Shown one piece after another: positions 32,720 through 33,768 of a DNA stretch of 33,768 nucleotides. Positions within the stretch are counted from its first letter, which is position 1. Each line of letters begins with the position of its first letter. The DNA lies in the NCBI RefSeq assembly GCF_001194135.2, contig NC_068991.1, positions 17,718,069 to 17,751,836 on the forward strand. The letters are read 5' to 3'. The position numbers and the translations under genes were made by a program. This stretch comes from Octopus bimaculoides (taxonomy: Eukaryota). The notes beneath the pieces were generated by a model. The model did no database searches and had not been told where the DNA came from. It worked only from the letters and a program-made list of their open reading frames with translations.

Positions 32720-33768
32720 TTGGGTCATCCCAAATAATTTTTTCAATTGCATGAACTAAAAGTCAGAGGGGGGCGGGATAAACTACCTGCATCAACTTGC
32801 TATAAAAGCGGGCAGTAATTTTACCTTGTGCTTATTCTTAGTGCAAGTTTTGAAGAGTGCAGTTCGATTTTAACTGTTATTTTTTCAAAGCTACAATGGA
32901 AGTAACAAAGAGCATATTCGGCATATTTTGCCTTATGGGTTCAATAAAAGCAACAACGCAACGGAAAGTGCGAGAGATATTAATGCAGTATATGGGGATC
33001 GGACAATAAGCGTAAGCCAGTGTCAACGGTGGTTCTAGAAATTCCAAGCCAGAAACTACAGCCTAGAAGACGATCCACGTCCTGAAAGATCTGTAGAGCA
33101 CGACGAGGACGTCTGCAAACCCTGGTGGAACAAAATCCCATCGTAACTGTTGAGGAACTAGCAGAGAAGCTTGGATTTGGTCATTCAACCATTCATCAAC
33201 ACCTGCTTGCCATCAGAAAAGTCAGCAAATTGGGTCAATGGGTTCCTCACAAACTTTCCGAGTCTAATCGCGCGCAGAGAGTGAATGTGTGCTCTTCTTT
33301 GCTGTCACGTCTCACGAATGAACCTTTTTTGGACCGAATAGTGACTAGTGACGAGAAATGGGTTCTCTATAAAAATGTCAAGCGCCGAAGATAGTGGGTA
33401 TGGGAAAGAGAAAGACCGGTACCCCAGGCTAAAGAAGGTCATCACCCACGAAAAGTGTTATCTGTTAGGAAGAATATGAAAGGTTTAGTCCACTTTGAAC
33501 TTTTAAACCCAAACCAAACGATAAGATCTACTGCGAGCAGCTTGAGTGGCTGAAGTTAGCGCTAGGAGGGAAACGACCATCTTTGGTTTCAAGACGAAAG
33601 GTGTTCTTCCATCAGGATAATGCTCGTGCACATACAGCGAGGATGACATTTCAAAGGCTGGAGCAGTTTGAATAGGAAACGATGCCCCACCCACCATATT
33701 CGCCGGACATTGCCCTATCTGATTATCATTTTTTCCGAAGTCGTCAAAATCATTTGGACGGGAAAAAT
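32720..33768 (+). mobile_element. Mariner (DD34D) transposon with degenerate transposase, truncated by the window end
   Basis: TA then TTGGGTCATCCC terminus; ATG at 32896; motifs QRWF, WVPHKL, IVTSDEKW, HQDNARAH, HPPYSPDIALSD. I count 34 residues between the second and third D. Has stops and frameshifts. Confidence 0.93.

Overview
Eukaryotic, AT-rich, repeat-dense genomic DNA with 8 assembly gaps. It is most likely octopus/coleoid cephalopod, inferred from SINE families and TA/CA/TACA microsatellites recalled from octopus sequence and not database-verified. Only one host protein-coding segment is well supported: a 120-nt first coding exon on the minus strand (17601-17720, MADEQ...ALHETQRWIE then GTGAGT) resembling the start of a calponin-homology domain of the LIMCH1/LMO7 type. 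No next exon was found in the 17.6 kb downstream, implying a very long first intron or an exon hidden in a gap. The rest is decayed mobile DNA: a complete 1267-bp Tc1-family element with probable DD36E spacing, four mariner remnants, hAT- and piggyBac-type non-autonomous elements, RTE-type LINE 3' fragments and several tRNA-derived SINE families. There are also a 30-bp and a 200-bp tandem array. Most ORFs in the supplied track are artefacts of N-gaps or microsatellites. I found no convincing new enzymatic system; the findings are structural and regulatory leads.
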